DNA from: Anaerohalosphaeraceae bacterium
GTDB taxonomy: Bacteria > Planctomycetota > Phycisphaerae > Sedimentisphaerales > Anaerohalosphaeraceae
Assembly (NCBI GenBank): GCA_050309605.1
Contig: JBNRMN010000067.1
Location: 1-64,000 of the forward strand
Reading direction: 5' to 3'
Length of the DNA stretch: 64,000 nucleotides
A program made the translations under genes and the position numbers. Positions within the stretch are counted from its first letter, which is position 1, and each line of letters starts with the position of its first letter. Positions 9,097 to 18,769 of the stretch are shown here, in pieces. The notes under the pieces are model-generated. The model searched no databases. It was not told where the DNA came from and was given only the letters and a program-made list of their open reading frames with translations.

Positions 9097-9954
9097 ATGA
9101 CTGCTGACGCCAAAGTAGGGTTGCTGCTGGGGTTGGTTTTTATCGTCCTGATCGCCTTTTTAATCAACGGGCTGCCGTCGTTTTTGCAATCGGCCTCGGC
9201 TGAGGATGTGGTCAAAACCACCTCAATTGTTGCACCGTCCGGCCCTGATCTGGTCATTGATCATCGGGTAACGGAGACGGCTCAGCGTTTGGTCGGCGAT
9301 GTTCCGCTGCGTCAAACCGAACCGCCGCAGGACGTGATTATCCTGGACAGCGCCCCGCAGCAGGCGTCCGCTCCGGTCACCGCCGCCGCAACACCAGAGC
9401 CGCACTCGCCGACGCCGTCGGTGAGTGCCGAGCAGGTCAACCGGATTGACCTGCCGCAGCCGTCGCGTTCGCAAGGCCCTGCCGTGCGTGAACACATTGT
9501 CCAGCGCGGCGAAAACCTGGCCGTCATTGCGCAACAATACTACGGCACGGAAGACGGCAATCGACGTGCGGTGATCCAAAAACTGTACGAGGCCAATAAA
9601 GACGTGCTGACCTCGCCGGATCATGTCGTCGTCGGCAGCCGACTGGTGATCCCGCCGCTCAAAGAACACCAGGCCGACGCAGAGCGTACCCGGACATCAG
9701 CCGCTGAGGGTCTGCTTCAGCGATTTTCGAATTTTTTTGAGCGATCGGAGGACGCACCGAGTCCCCCGCGACCGGCCGCTGCTCCGCGAACCGCTGAGTA
9801 TGTTGTCCAGCCCGGCGATTCACTCTGGAAGATTGCCGAGAAAACTCTCGGCGACGGGCATAAATATAAAGAACTTATGGACCTGAACAAAGACCGTCTT
9901 AAAAGCCCTGATGATGTCAAGGCGGGAATGAAACTGATTATTCCGGCATCCTGA
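9097..9954 (+). CDS. Membrane-anchored protein with two LysM domains
   Basis: N-terminal TM; HIVQRGENLAVIAQQYYG and YVVQPGDSLWKIAEKTLG. Confidence 0.9.
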   Translation: MTADAKVGLLLGLVFIVLIAFLINGLPSFLQSASAEDVVKTTSIVAPSGPDLVIDHRVTETAQRLVGDVPLRQTEPPQDVIILDSAPQQASAPVTAAATPEPHSPTPSVSAEQVNRIDLPQPSRSQGPAVREHIVQRGENLAVIAQQYYGTEDGNRRAVIQKLYEANKDVLTSPDHVVVGSRLVIPPLKEHQADAERTRTSAAEGLLQRFSNFFERSEDAPSPPRPAAAPRTAEYVVQPGDSLWKIAEKTLGDGHKYKELMDLNKDRLKSPDDVKAGMKLIIPAS

Positions 9955-9973
9955 CTTTTGTGAGTCCTTGTCG

Positions 9974-10198
9974 ATGTCGCGCGGGCGATTTATCTATTGT
10001 GTCTTTTTTGTGACGGCGATGTTGGTCTTTACCGTTCATTTGCGGACCAGCTCGGTACGTTTGTTCAATCAATATCGTTCGGCGATCGTGGAGCAAAATC
10101 AGAGTACCCAGCAGCTTCGGCAAAAGCAGCTTCATTTTGAAAGTTTAATCAGCCCGGCCGGCCTGACGCCGCCGACGGAATCGAGGCCGCAGGACTAA
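9974..10198 (+). CDS. ftsL: FtsL-like bitopic cell-division protein
   Basis: Short protein with one TM then a coiled coil ending LISP; directly upstream of a class B PBP. Confidence 0.55.
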   Translation: MSRGRFIYCVFFVTAMLVFTVHLRTSSVRLFNQYRSAIVEQNQSTQQLRQKQLHFESLISPAGLTPPTESRPQD

Positions 10199-10202
10199 TC
10201 TT

Positions 10203-11954
10203 ATGAAACGCCAGTGCACTACGATTATCGCAGGATTTGTCTTGGTCTGCGTCATCTTTGGTCTTTTGGTTTGGCGTCTGTTCGATCTGCAGTACGTCCA
10301 GGCCGCCACGTTTGAGCAATCCAGCCGACGTCAGCAAAACGCCGTCATTCCCGAACGCGCCCAGCGCGGTTTTATCGTCGATTCGCGCGGTCGTCTGCTG
10401 GCGGCCAGTAATATCAGTTATACCGTTTTTGCCGAGCCGCGACGTTTTGAAGATGCCGAAATGATTAAAGTCGCCGCTTTCACGCTGCATGATTTGCTTG
10501 AGGTTCCCGGGCATGAAATTTGTCGGTTGATCGACAGCGCCTCCAATCCCGGATACGCCCCTATCTTGTCGGATGTGGATACCCTGACGCGCGACGCCGT
10601 CGTCAACGCCCGCCTTCCCGGCATCGGTGTCGAATCTCGCTGGAAACGCTACTGGCCGGCCGGCAGACTGACCGGCCATATCATCGGCTTTATCGGGACT
10701 GAGCAGACCGGGCTGGCAGGGCTTGAATTGCAGTACGACGGCCTGCTGCGCGGCTCGGAGGGCAAAAGCGTCTTTGTGGTCGATGCCCTTCGCCGACCGA
10801 TCGCCGCGGCGCCGGCTGACCGGGTGGAAAGCATCGACGGCCAAAGCCTGATATTGACGCTCGATGCAAGCATTCAGGAATTCGTGCGTTCGGCGCTGCT
10901 CAGCAAAATGCGTGAGTATGAAGCCGAGGCCGCCGTCGGCGTCGTGATGAATCCCTCTACCGGGGCGATTCTGGCGATGGTCTCACTGCCGGATTTTGAT
11001 CCGGACAACTTCTCCCGCACCGATCCGGAATATATGAAAAACCGTGTTTTGACCGATGTGTATGAGCCGGGCAGTATCTTCAAACCCATCGTCGCCGCGA
11101 TTGCCCTGGACAGCGGAAGCATCGGATTTAACGAGAAATTCGACTGTGAAAACGGCTATTTCGCACGCTATCGCATCGGGGAGTTCGGCAACAAACGCTA
11201 CGGCCTGATGAGCGTGCGCGAGATTCAAATCCACTCAAGCAATGTGGGCATGGCCAAAATCGGCCTGCAAATGGGACAAAAAACCCTGTACGACGGCCTG
11301 CGGATATTCGGGTTCGGCCGGCGCACCGGCGTGGATCTGCCGGGCGAAGAGCCGGGCATACTCCATCCGCTCAATCGCTGGAGCGGCTGGAGCGTGACGC
11401 GCATTCCCTTTGGGCATGAGGTTTCGGTGACGGCGATTCAGATGGCGCGGGCCTACTGTATGCTGGCCAACGGCGGCAGCCTGGTTCGTCCGCACATCGT
11501 TCGGGCGGTGGTGGACCGCAGCGGAAAGATCACCGAATTGCGACAGCCCAGCGCCGGGGCCGGCTACATTCTCAAACCGGAAGTGGCCCGGTGGATGGTG
11601 CAAAACGCCCTGACCGGGGTGGTGAATGAGGGCACCGGCGACCAGGCGGCGCTTGAAAACTGTCAGGTCTGGGGCAAAACCGGCACCGCCAATATTGCCC
11701 TGCCCGGCGGCGGCTACGACACACGAAATTACGTCTCGTCATTCGTCGGCGGCGCCCCGGCCGACAAGCCCGCCGTGGTGGTGCTGGTCTCGATCATCCG
11801 TCCCAACCGGGCACTGGGCAAGGGCTACAGCGGCGGCCGTGTGGCCGCACCGGTGGCGCGGGAGATTCTCGAAAAAACACTGCCCTATCTGGGCGTCCTG
11901 GAACACCCCAAACCCCAATCTCCGAACACAGCCCCTTTGCAGACACGCCGATAA
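10203..11954 (+). CDS. ftsI: Class B penicillin-binding protein (FtsI-like)
   Basis: RGFIVDSRGR, GLAGLE, EPGSIFKP (SxxK), SSNVG (SxN), GKTGTA (KTG). Confidence 0.9.
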   Translation: MKRQCTTIIAGFVLVCVIFGLLVWRLFDLQYVQAATFEQSSRRQQNAVIPERAQRGFIVDSRGRLLAASNISYTVFAEPRRFEDAEMIKVAAFTLHDLLEVPGHEICRLIDSASNPGYAPILSDVDTLTRDAVVNARLPGIGVESRWKRYWPAGRLTGHIIGFIGTEQTGLAGLELQYDGLLRGSEGKSVFVVDALRRPIAAAPADRVESIDGQSLILTLDASIQEFVRSALLSKMREYEAEAAVGVVMNPSTGAILAMVSLPDFDPDNFSRTDPEYMKNRVLTDVYEPGSIFKPIVAAIALDSGSIGFNEKFDCENGYFARYRIGEFGNKRYGLMSVREIQIHSSNVGMAKIGLQMGQKTLYDGLRIFGFGRRTGVDLPGEEPGILHPLNRWSGWSVTRIPFGHEVSVTAIQMARAYCMLANGGSLVRPHIVRAVVDRSGKITELRQPSAGAGYILKPEVARWMVQNALTGVVNEGTGDQAALENCQVWGKTGTANIALPGGGYDTRNYVSSFVGGAPADKPAVVVLVSIIRPNRALGKGYSGGRVAAPVAREILEKTLPYLGVLEHPKPQSPNTAPLQTRR

Positions 11955-12029
11955 GAAGATAACCGAATGCATCACCGGCGATTGAGCATCACCGACAGAC
12001 GGGTAATGATTTATTTTTGGCAGAAGGTC

Positions 12030-12057
12030 TTGCATTTGAAGAATTCCAGGGTATAAT
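12030..12057 (+). promoter_or_regulatory. Sigma70-like promoter for rpmH
   Basis: TTGCAT-N16-TATAAT. Confidence 0.6.
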
Positions 12058-12138
12058 TTTGCGACGCTTTTTGAAGAAGACATTCGGGGTCTCGAAACAG
12101 CCCCGCACAAACAGCAATGATAAGAACAGGAGATACCC

Positions 12139-12282
12139 GTGAAAAATCATCGGAAAAGTTTGGTCAAGCGTGCCCGCAAGAGCGGTTTTCGTGCTCGTCA
12201 GCGCACGTCAAAGGGCCGCGCCGTCAATAATCGCAAGCGCCGCAGCGGCCGCGTCGTCAACGTCAAACCCAGCTTCACGTAA
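12139..12282 (+). CDS. rpmH: 50S ribosomal protein L34 (47 aa, below the ORF-track cut-off)
   Basis: Manual translation: MKNHRKSLVKRARKSGFRARQRTSKGRAVNNRKRRSGRVVNVKPSFT*. GFRAR..T..GR....R...GR is the L34 signature; AGGAG RBS; GTG start. Confidence 0.9.
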   Translation: MKNHRKSLVKRARKSGFRARQRTSKGRAVNNRKRRSGRVVNVKPSFT

Positions 12283-12306
12283 TCGACAAGGCTGCTCTCT
12301 TTCCCC

Positions 12307-12507
12307 CTACCATTCGTAGCCGCAATAGTTGCAGTAGTATCGCGGCGCAGGATTGGGCTGCGCGCCGGTACGGATGACCGCCCGTTTGGCCTGTACCCGA
12401 CGCAGCAGTTGTTCATCCATCGCCGCGGGATTATAGACGATCTCGGCAATGTCCGTCGAGCCGCACTTGGGACAGCGCAAACCGGACTGATCTTCATCTT
12501 TCATCAA
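12307..12507 (-). CDS. Small Zn-ribbon protein
   Basis: CPKC...CNYCGYEW; follows the nitroreductase on the same strand. Confidence 0.7.
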   Translation of the reverse strand: MMKDEDQSGLRCPKCGSTDIAEIVYNPAAMDEQLLRRVQAKRAVIRTGAQPNPAPRYYCNYCGYEW

Positions 12508-12518
12508 TAACCTGTCTT

Positions 12519-13061
12519 CTATTGTTTGTCAGCGCCGTATTGGTTGAACCAGGCGCGTTGTTCGAAGGGCATTTTGGTCGGCTGCTTATATGTTTCGGAC
12601 GGAATGCCGACCGGCAGCAGGACGCCGATGCGCTTCTCGGCGGGCAGGTTGAGCAGTTGGCCGATGGCCTCGGCCCGGCCGTCCACGCGGAGCCAGCCGT
12701 CCACCCACACACTGCCGTAACCGAGTGCGGTAATGGCCAGCAGCATATTTTCCACCGCCGCGGCACAATCTTCAACCTGAAAGGACATCTCCTGATAAAC
12801 CGCTTTTGGCTGTTTATCGACGATGCAGGCAATAAAGGCCTGAGCCTGCCGGAAGGCCTTGTTTTTCTCGTGCATCCCGGCAATGGTGCGCACCAGGTTC
12901 GCATCATCGACGATGACAAACCGCGTCGTCTGAACATTGCACCCGGACGGCGCATCCAAACCGGCCTGGACGATTTGTCGCAAATGGTCGCGCGGGATGG
13001 GCTTGTTCTCAAACCCGCCGCGATACGAATGACGTTTCTTAATCGCTTCAAATAAATCCAT
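12519..13061 (-). CDS. Nitroreductase family protein
   Basis: AIKKRHSYRG, APSGCNVQ, ENMLLAITALGYGSVW. Confidence 0.92.
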   Translation of the reverse strand: MDLFEAIKKRHSYRGGFENKPIPRDHLRQIVQAGLDAPSGCNVQTTRFVIVDDANLVRTIAGMHEKNKAFRQAQAFIACIVDKQPKAVYQEMSFQVEDCAAAVENMLLAITALGYGSVWVDGWLRVDGRAEAIGQLLNLPAEKRIGVLLPVGIPSETYKQPTKMPFEQRAWFNQYGADKQ

Positions 13062-13135
13062 TGAGCTTCTCCAATTGAACAACAGCTTCCAGCTATCAGC
13101 TTCCGGCAACTGGCGGCCGGCAGCCGGACGCTGAT

Positions 13136-14407
13136 TTAGACATCAACGCGGCGAATCTTCGCCCCGACGGCGTTGAGCTTTTCCTCGATTTTTTCGTAGC
13201 CGCGATCAATATGATAGACGCGATGCACGACCGTTGTGCCATACGCAGCCAGCCCGGCCAGCACCAGTGCCGCCGAGGCGCGCAGGTCCGAGGCCATCAC
13301 CGGCGCGGCAATGAGCCGCTCGACACCGGCCACGATGACGCTGGGGCCTTCTTTTCGCAGATTGGCGGCCATGCGGTTCATCTCGGCGACGTGCATAAAG
13401 CGATCCGGGTAAATCTTTTCCGTAATGACGCTGTTGCCCTCGCCCAGTGCCAGCAGTGCCATAAACTGTGCCTGCAGGTCGGTCGGAAACCCCGGATAAG
13501 GCTGGGTGGTAATATCGGCCGGACAGATGGCGCCGTATTGGGCGGCCTCGCAGCCGTCCTCGGTCGGCTCGATGACGGCGCCGATGCTGCGGAGCCGATC
13601 CACCACAGCCACCATATGATTCAAGTCGCAGTTGCGAAGGTGCAAGCGGCTCTTGGTAATGGCGGCGGCGACCATAAATGTGCCGGCCTCAATGCGGTCG
13701 CCGATCACCGGCCAGGACACCGGCTTCAGTTCGCTGACGCCCTCAATGACCAGTCGCGGCGAGCCGATGCCGCTGATCTTGGCGCCCATCGCGTTCAGAC
13801 AATGGGCCAGATCCGCCACCTCCGGCTCACAGGCCGCCGCCTCAATGACGGTGGTGCCTTTGGCCAGCGTCGCGGCCATCATCACGTTGTCGGTGCCCAG
13901 TACGGTTGAGCCGAACGGTCCGCCCAGAAAAATCTGCGTCCCAACCAGTCCGCCGGGCGGGGCCTCGGCGACAATGTAGCCGTTTTCCAGACGGACCCGC
14001 GCACCGAGAGCCTTCAGCCCGCGCAAATGAATATCGACCGGCCGGTCGCCGATGGCACAGCCGCCGGGCATCGAGACCTTGACTTTTCCGCAGCGGGCCA
14101 GCAGCGGTCCAAGAATGCAGATACTGGCGCGCATCTTGCGCACGATATCGTACTGGCCGACGGGGTTGTCAATGGTCGCTGCGTCAATGTGCAGCGCCCC
14201 GCTTGCATCGCGGCTGACCTTGGCTCCCAGTTGCGACAGCAGACTCTCAAACGAGTGAATATCCGCCAGATTGGGCGCGTTGGGGATGACCGTTTCGCCG
14301 GCGGCCAGCAATGACGCGGCCATCATCGGCAAGGCGGCATTTTTTGACCCGGCCACCTCAATCGTCCCGGACAGCTTGACCGGTCCATCAATTTCAAAAA
14401 TATCCAT
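13136..14407 (-). CDS. murA: UDP-N-acetylglucosamine 1-carboxyvinyltransferase
   Basis: GSKNAALP, PGGCAIGDRPVDIH, YPGFPTDLQAQ, SDLRASAAL, HIDRGYE. Confidence 0.98.
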   Translation of the reverse strand: MDIFEIDGPVKLSGTIEVAGSKNAALPMMAASLLAAGETVIPNAPNLADIHSFESLLSQLGAKVSRDASGALHIDAATIDNPVGQYDIVRKMRASICILGPLLARCGKVKVSMPGGCAIGDRPVDIHLRGLKALGARVRLENGYIVAEAPPGGLVGTQIFLGGPFGSTVLGTDNVMMAATLAKGTTVIEAAACEPEVADLAHCLNAMGAKISGIGSPRLVIEGVSELKPVSWPVIGDRIEAGTFMVAAAITKSRLHLRNCDLNHMVAVVDRLRSIGAVIEPTEDGCEAAQYGAICPADITTQPYPGFPTDLQAQFMALLALGEGNSVITEKIYPDRFMHVAEMNRMAANLRKEGPSVIVAGVERLIAAPVMASDLRASAALVLAGLAAYGTTVVHRVYHIDRGYEKIEEKLNAVGAKIRRVDV

Positions 14408-14490
14408 ACGTCCATTCCTTGCTAAATTTGTTTGAATGTACTATAACACGAGCGATTATAAAAGGCAAACGGTCTTCACGAAAGTATCCG

Positions 14491-15369
14491 ATGAGCACGA
14501 TATTGGCAAGCGGGTTGAACATAGCGGACATCGCCTCTCAGGCAGCCGAATCGGTCGATATGACTTTCGACCGGACAACATTCGTTTTTTGCGCGGTCGG
14601 GGTGGCTGTCCTGGTGATATGGCTGCGGCGATACGGCGGGCCGAGAGCCTTGGCCGCGGCGCCGGTGCGACGGCATAGCCTGCCGCTGAGCGTACCGTTT
14701 TTGCTGTTTTTTGTATGGATGCTGTTGCTGACTCAGTTGAATGTGTTCGTTGGCGTGCTGTATCACGATGTCCAGGCCGGCGGCGATGTGGCGGCGCGGT
14801 ATGTTGCGTTATGTGTGTTGAATGGACTGATTATCGCGGTCATTTTATGGACGGGTCGGTCTTTCTTTGCCCGCAGGCTCAAGGGCTTTGGGCTGAACCC
14901 CAAGACCCTGCTGCGGGATGCGGGCTGGGCGGCGGTCAATCTGATCGCGGCCTATCCCCTGGTCATTGGCGGCATTGGGCTGGTCATCATGATCGGCCGG
15001 CGTTTGGCCGGTGACCAATTCACGTTTCATACGCACGAGAGCCTCGAAGAACTGGCCGAATCGACTCATCTGGTGGTGCGCGTATTGATGGCGGTACTGC
15101 TGGTGGTCGTGGTACCGGTCATGGAAGAGCTGCTGTTTCGCGGGCTGCTGCAATCGGCGCTGCGTGCTTTGCTGCCGGGCGTCTGGCCGGCGATTCTGCT
15201 GACCTCGGCCCTGTTTGCCGTCGTGCATTCCCCAATGCACGCGCCGGGCATTTTCGCGCTGGCCTGTGTGATGGGCTACGCCTATGAGCGAAGCGGATCT
15301 TTGTTTCGGCCTATTTTTATCCATATCCTCTTTAATGGGCTTGCCGTTCTGTCATTGTTACTGTCGTAA
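14491..15369 (+). CDS. CPBP (CAAX/Abi) intramembrane metalloprotease
   Basis: PVMEELLFRG, FAVVH, IFIHILFN; multiple TM segments. Confidence 0.9.
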   Translation: MSTILASGLNIADIASQAAESVDMTFDRTTFVFCAVGVAVLVIWLRRYGGPRALAAAPVRRHSLPLSVPFLLFFVWMLLLTQLNVFVGVLYHDVQAGGDVAARYVALCVLNGLIIAVILWTGRSFFARRLKGFGLNPKTLLRDAGWAAVNLIAAYPLVIGGIGLVIMIGRRLAGDQFTFHTHESLEELAESTHLVVRVLMAVLLVVVVPVMEELLFRGLLQSALRALLPGVWPAILLTSALFAVVHSPMHAPGIFALACVMGYAYERSGSLFRPIFIHILFNGLAVLSLLLS

Positions 15370-15723
15370 ACACCGGGCTGTTTCATGGGGCGTTTCGGCT
15401 ATGCCAAGAGATTGATCATCTTTATTTTTTTTATAGATATGATTTTTGCTATGTATGAGATTGTTTTTCGAAAAATCAGGATTTTCTTCTTATTGTTTAT
15501 TGCCGTGCAGGGATATTTGTCGGTAACCTTGGTGTCGATACCAAATTTTTTGAAACATCGTCCGCCGTATTCCCGTCTTATTTGGTGTATTCGGCAATAA
15601 AAGCAGGAAAGTTGACAGTTTAAGGTGTAATTGAATCAAAAACGGTTTTTTTATCGGAACACTGCGGCCTGAACGATGTTTGCCGTGAACGATACCGCCG
15701 GCCTCGTGCCGGCATAATCGATT

Positions 15724-17463
15724 GTGAGTAAGGTTAAGATAAGGAAATTCGGCGTGACGAAACGACTGGGCGAATTACTTTGCGAAAAAAAATATCTTTC
15801 TCCGGCGCAGCTTGAGGCGGCCCTTGAATCGCAAAAAACCGCCGGCAAAAAACTCGGCCGGATTCTCCGCGACAGCGGGGTGTTAACCAACCGCCAACTG
15901 CTCGAAACCCTCGTCGAACAGGCTGGTCTGGACAAGATCATGCTGGAGGAGCGGGTTATCGGACGCGATGTCCTTGATCTGATCCCGGCCGAGGTGGTCA
16001 GCCAGCACAGTTTAATCCCTGTGGAGCGTCAAAACGGCCGACTGACTGTGGCCATGGCCGATCCGTTCAACCATGAGGCCATCGCTGACCTGCGGCTGCT
16101 GACGGGGCTGGCGATCCGCCGATGTTACTGCCCGGCGTCTGATCTGGAAAAGGCCATCTCCAAATACTACGGCAGCAACGTCGCCCGGATGCTGCGTGAT
16201 CTGGCCCCCGGCGAAAAGCCTGAAACCCCGTCGGCCGAGACCGAGCTGGAAGGCGATCAGCTCAGTGCCGCCCGACTGCACGAGCTGGCCCGCGAGCCGA
16301 GTTTGGTTAATCTGGTCAATTTGATTTTACTTGAGGCCATCGAATCGCGTGCCAGTGATGTCCACATTGAGCCGTTCGAAAAGGATGTTCGCATCAAGTA
16401 CCGCATCGACGGCGTGCTGCTTGAAAAATCCGCCTCACCCAAGCGGCTTCAGGCGGCCATCATCTCGCGTATCAAGATTATGGCGAATATGAACATCGCC
16501 GAGCGGTTTGTGCCGCAAGACGGGCACATCGAGTTTGCCGGCGCCAAGGGCAAGATCGACATCCGCGTCTCGACCGTGCCGACGGTTTTCGGCGAGTCGG
16601 TGGTGATGCGTCTGCTGGACCGCAGCGCGGCACTGATTGAGCTTGAAGAATTGGGGATGAACCCCAAAACGCTCAAGGGCTTTGCTCAGTGTCTGAGCAA
16701 GGCTCACGGTATCGTGCTGGTGACCGGCCCGACCGGCAGCGGTAAAACAACCACGCTGTACGCGTCGCTGAACCGAATTTATGACCCCAGCCGCAAGATT
16801 ATCACCATTGAGGACCCGGTTGAGTATCAGCTTGACGGCGTGGTACAGATTCCGGTCAATCCGCGTCGCGGCCTGACATTCGGGCGCGGGTTGCGGCATA
16901 TTCTGCGGCAAGACCCCGACATCATTATGGTCGGTGAAATCCGCGACAAGGAAACCGCCGACATTGCCGTCCGTGCCGCTTTGACCGGACACCTGGTCTT
17001 CAGCACACTGCACACCAATGATGCGGCCGGGGCGATCACCCGTCTGATTGATATGGGCGTGGAGCCGTTTCTGCTGGCCAGTTCCCTTGAAGGCGTCCTG
17101 GCCCAGCGCCTGGTGCGCAGGATTTGTCCACTTTGCCGTGAGCCGTATCATCCCAGCCCCGCGCTGCTGGAGAATCTGAACAATTCCATCCGCATCGAGC
17201 CGGATACACCGCTGTATCACGGCCGCGGCTGCGACGAGTGCAACCGCACGGGGATGAGCGGGCGTATGGGTATTTTTGAACTGCTGCGGGTGACCGAATC
17301 GCTGCGAAAACTGATTGCCTCGCGCCCCACGACCGAGCAGATTCTGGCCGCGGCGCCGGCTGACCATGTCAGCATGCGGCACAGCGGCATCGAGAAAATC
17401 CTGGCCGGTATGACGACGCCCGAAGAGGTCCTGCGTGCCACCCAGGGCGTCGAAGAAGACTAA
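15724..17463 (+). CDS. gspE: Type II secretion ATPase GspE/PilB family
   Basis: RLGELL (MshEN-like N-terminus), ASDVHIEP, GPTGSGKTTTLY, TIEDPVEY, LRQDPD, CxxC pairs. Confidence 0.95.
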   Translation: MSKVKIRKFGVTKRLGELLCEKKYLSPAQLEAALESQKTAGKKLGRILRDSGVLTNRQLLETLVEQAGLDKIMLEERVIGRDVLDLIPAEVVSQHSLIPVERQNGRLTVAMADPFNHEAIADLRLLTGLAIRRCYCPASDLEKAISKYYGSNVARMLRDLAPGEKPETPSAETELEGDQLSAARLHELAREPSLVNLVNLILLEAIESRASDVHIEPFEKDVRIKYRIDGVLLEKSASPKRLQAAIISRIKIMANMNIAERFVPQDGHIEFAGAKGKIDIRVSTVPTVFGESVVMRLLDRSAALIELEELGMNPKTLKGFAQCLSKAHGIVLVTGPTGSGKTTTLYASLNRIYDPSRKIITIEDPVEYQLDGVVQIPVNPRRGLTFGRGLRHILRQDPDIIMVGEIRDKETADIAVRAALTGHLVFSTLHTNDAAGAITRLIDMGVEPFLLASSLEGVLAQRLVRRICPLCREPYHPSPALLENLNNSIRIEPDTPLYHGRGCDECNRTGMSGRMGIFELLRVTESLRKLIASRPTTEQILAAAPADHVSMRHSGIEKILAGMTTPEEVLRATQGVEED

Positions 17464-17499
17464 AAACTATAAACTACGAACTAAAAACTAAGAACTAAT
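17462..17499 (+). repeat. Intergenic heptamer tandem repeat (RAACTAN x5)
   Basis: aaactat aaactac gaactaa aaactaa gaactaa. Confidence 0.75.
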
Positions 17500-17500
17500 C

Positions 17501-18736
17501 GTGGCTACATTTGTCTATAAAGGTGTTGACGCCGGCGGTCAGACGGTGACCGGAACCATCGAGGCCGTGGACCGCAAGGCGGCGATTGCCGATCTGGCCC
17601 AGCGCGGACGGTTCGCCTCCGAGTTGATCGAAGGCAAGGCCGAGGGCGGGTTGTTTGCCTCTGTCCGCCGACAGGAAGGCGATACGCCGCACAAACGCGG
17701 CTCGATTCGCAGCAAAGAACTGCTGGCGATGATGGGGCAGTTGGCTACGGCGTTGAAAGCCGGCCTGCCGATTGTCAATGCGCTGGAGATTATCAAATCC
17801 CAGCAGAAAAAAGAATCGATGTACAAGCTGCTCGAAGAGATGGTCGCGGCGGTCACCTCCGGCGACAGTCTCAGCGAGGCGATGGAGCGCCGCCCGGAGT
17901 TGTTCGACCGGTTGTCGATTTCGATGGTGCGCGTCGGCGAGACCGGCGGCATCCTCGAACAGACCGTCGAGGAACTGGTCAAGCTCAAACACCGCGAAGA
18001 AAAGGTCAAATCCAATCTCATCAATGCCGCAGCCTATCCGATTTTTGTGTTGACCGTCGGCCTTATTTCGATGGTGATCATTCTGGTGTGGGTTCTGCCG
18101 AAGATCATTACCACCATCGGCATTGCCCCGGCCATGCTGCCGCTGCCCACGCGACTGCTGATGGGGTTAAGCCATTTTCTGGTCGGCTGGGGCTGGGCCT
18201 GTGCGATTGTCATCGCGATTGCGGCAGCGCTGTTCAATAAATGGAAGCAAACCCCGGAGGGCCGTTTCGGCTGGGACGGCTTTATGCTTCAACTGCCGCT
18301 GTTCGGGCCGGTGGTCAGAACGCTGGCGGTTGGACGATTCGCCCGTACACTTGGCGCCCTGACCAAAAGCGGCGTTACGATTCTGGAAGCGCTGCGGGTG
18401 GTGCGCGATACCCTCGGCAACGAGGTGCTCGGCCGTCAGATTGATCAGGTCAGCGGCCAGGTCAAGACCGGCCACAGTCTGGCCGAGCCGCTGGAGACGT
18501 CGGGTATGTTTCCGGCGCTGCTGGTGCAGATTGTTGCAATGGGCGAGCAGACCGGCCGGCTGGATGAACTGCTGCTCAGTGCCGCTGATACGTTTGATGA
18601 AACCGCCGATACGGTGATGAACCGCTTTTTGGCGCTGTTTCCGGCGATTTTGATTTTGCTGCTGGCCGTGGCGATCTTTTTCATTATTGTCGCGACGCTG
18701 CTGCCGATTGTCGGTATGGACTTGAGTGTGTTGTAG
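17501..18736 (+). CDS. gspF: Type II secretion inner-membrane platform protein GspF
   Basis: MATFVYKG, two T2SSF repeats (VGETGG, MGEQTG), AAAYP. Confidence 0.95.
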   Translation: MATFVYKGVDAGGQTVTGTIEAVDRKAAIADLAQRGRFASELIEGKAEGGLFASVRRQEGDTPHKRGSIRSKELLAMMGQLATALKAGLPIVNALEIIKSQQKKESMYKLLEEMVAAVTSGDSLSEAMERRPELFDRLSISMVRVGETGGILEQTVEELVKLKHREEKVKSNLINAAAYPIFVLTVGLISMVIILVWVLPKIITTIGIAPAMLPLPTRLLMGLSHFLVGWGWACAIVIAIAAALFNKWKQTPEGRFGWDGFMLQLPLFGPVVRTLAVGRFARTLGALTKSGVTILEALRVVRDTLGNEVLGRQIDQVSGQVKTGHSLAEPLETSGMFPALLVQIVAMGEQTGRLDELLLSAADTFDETADTVMNRFLALFPAILILLLAVAIFFIIVATLLPIVGMDLSVL

Positions 18737-18769
18737 AAAAAGGAACCACGGATTTCACGGATTTCTCAA

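Noticed and set aside
11955..12138. oriC next to rpmH (also considered 6917-7391)
   Set aside because: No TTATCCACA-type DnaA-box cluster seen and no dnaA/dnaN.
15385..15600. 71-aa hydrophobic ORF upstream of gspE
   Set aside because: Lies in an AT-rich promoter region with no RBS; the hydrophobicity follows from T-richness.
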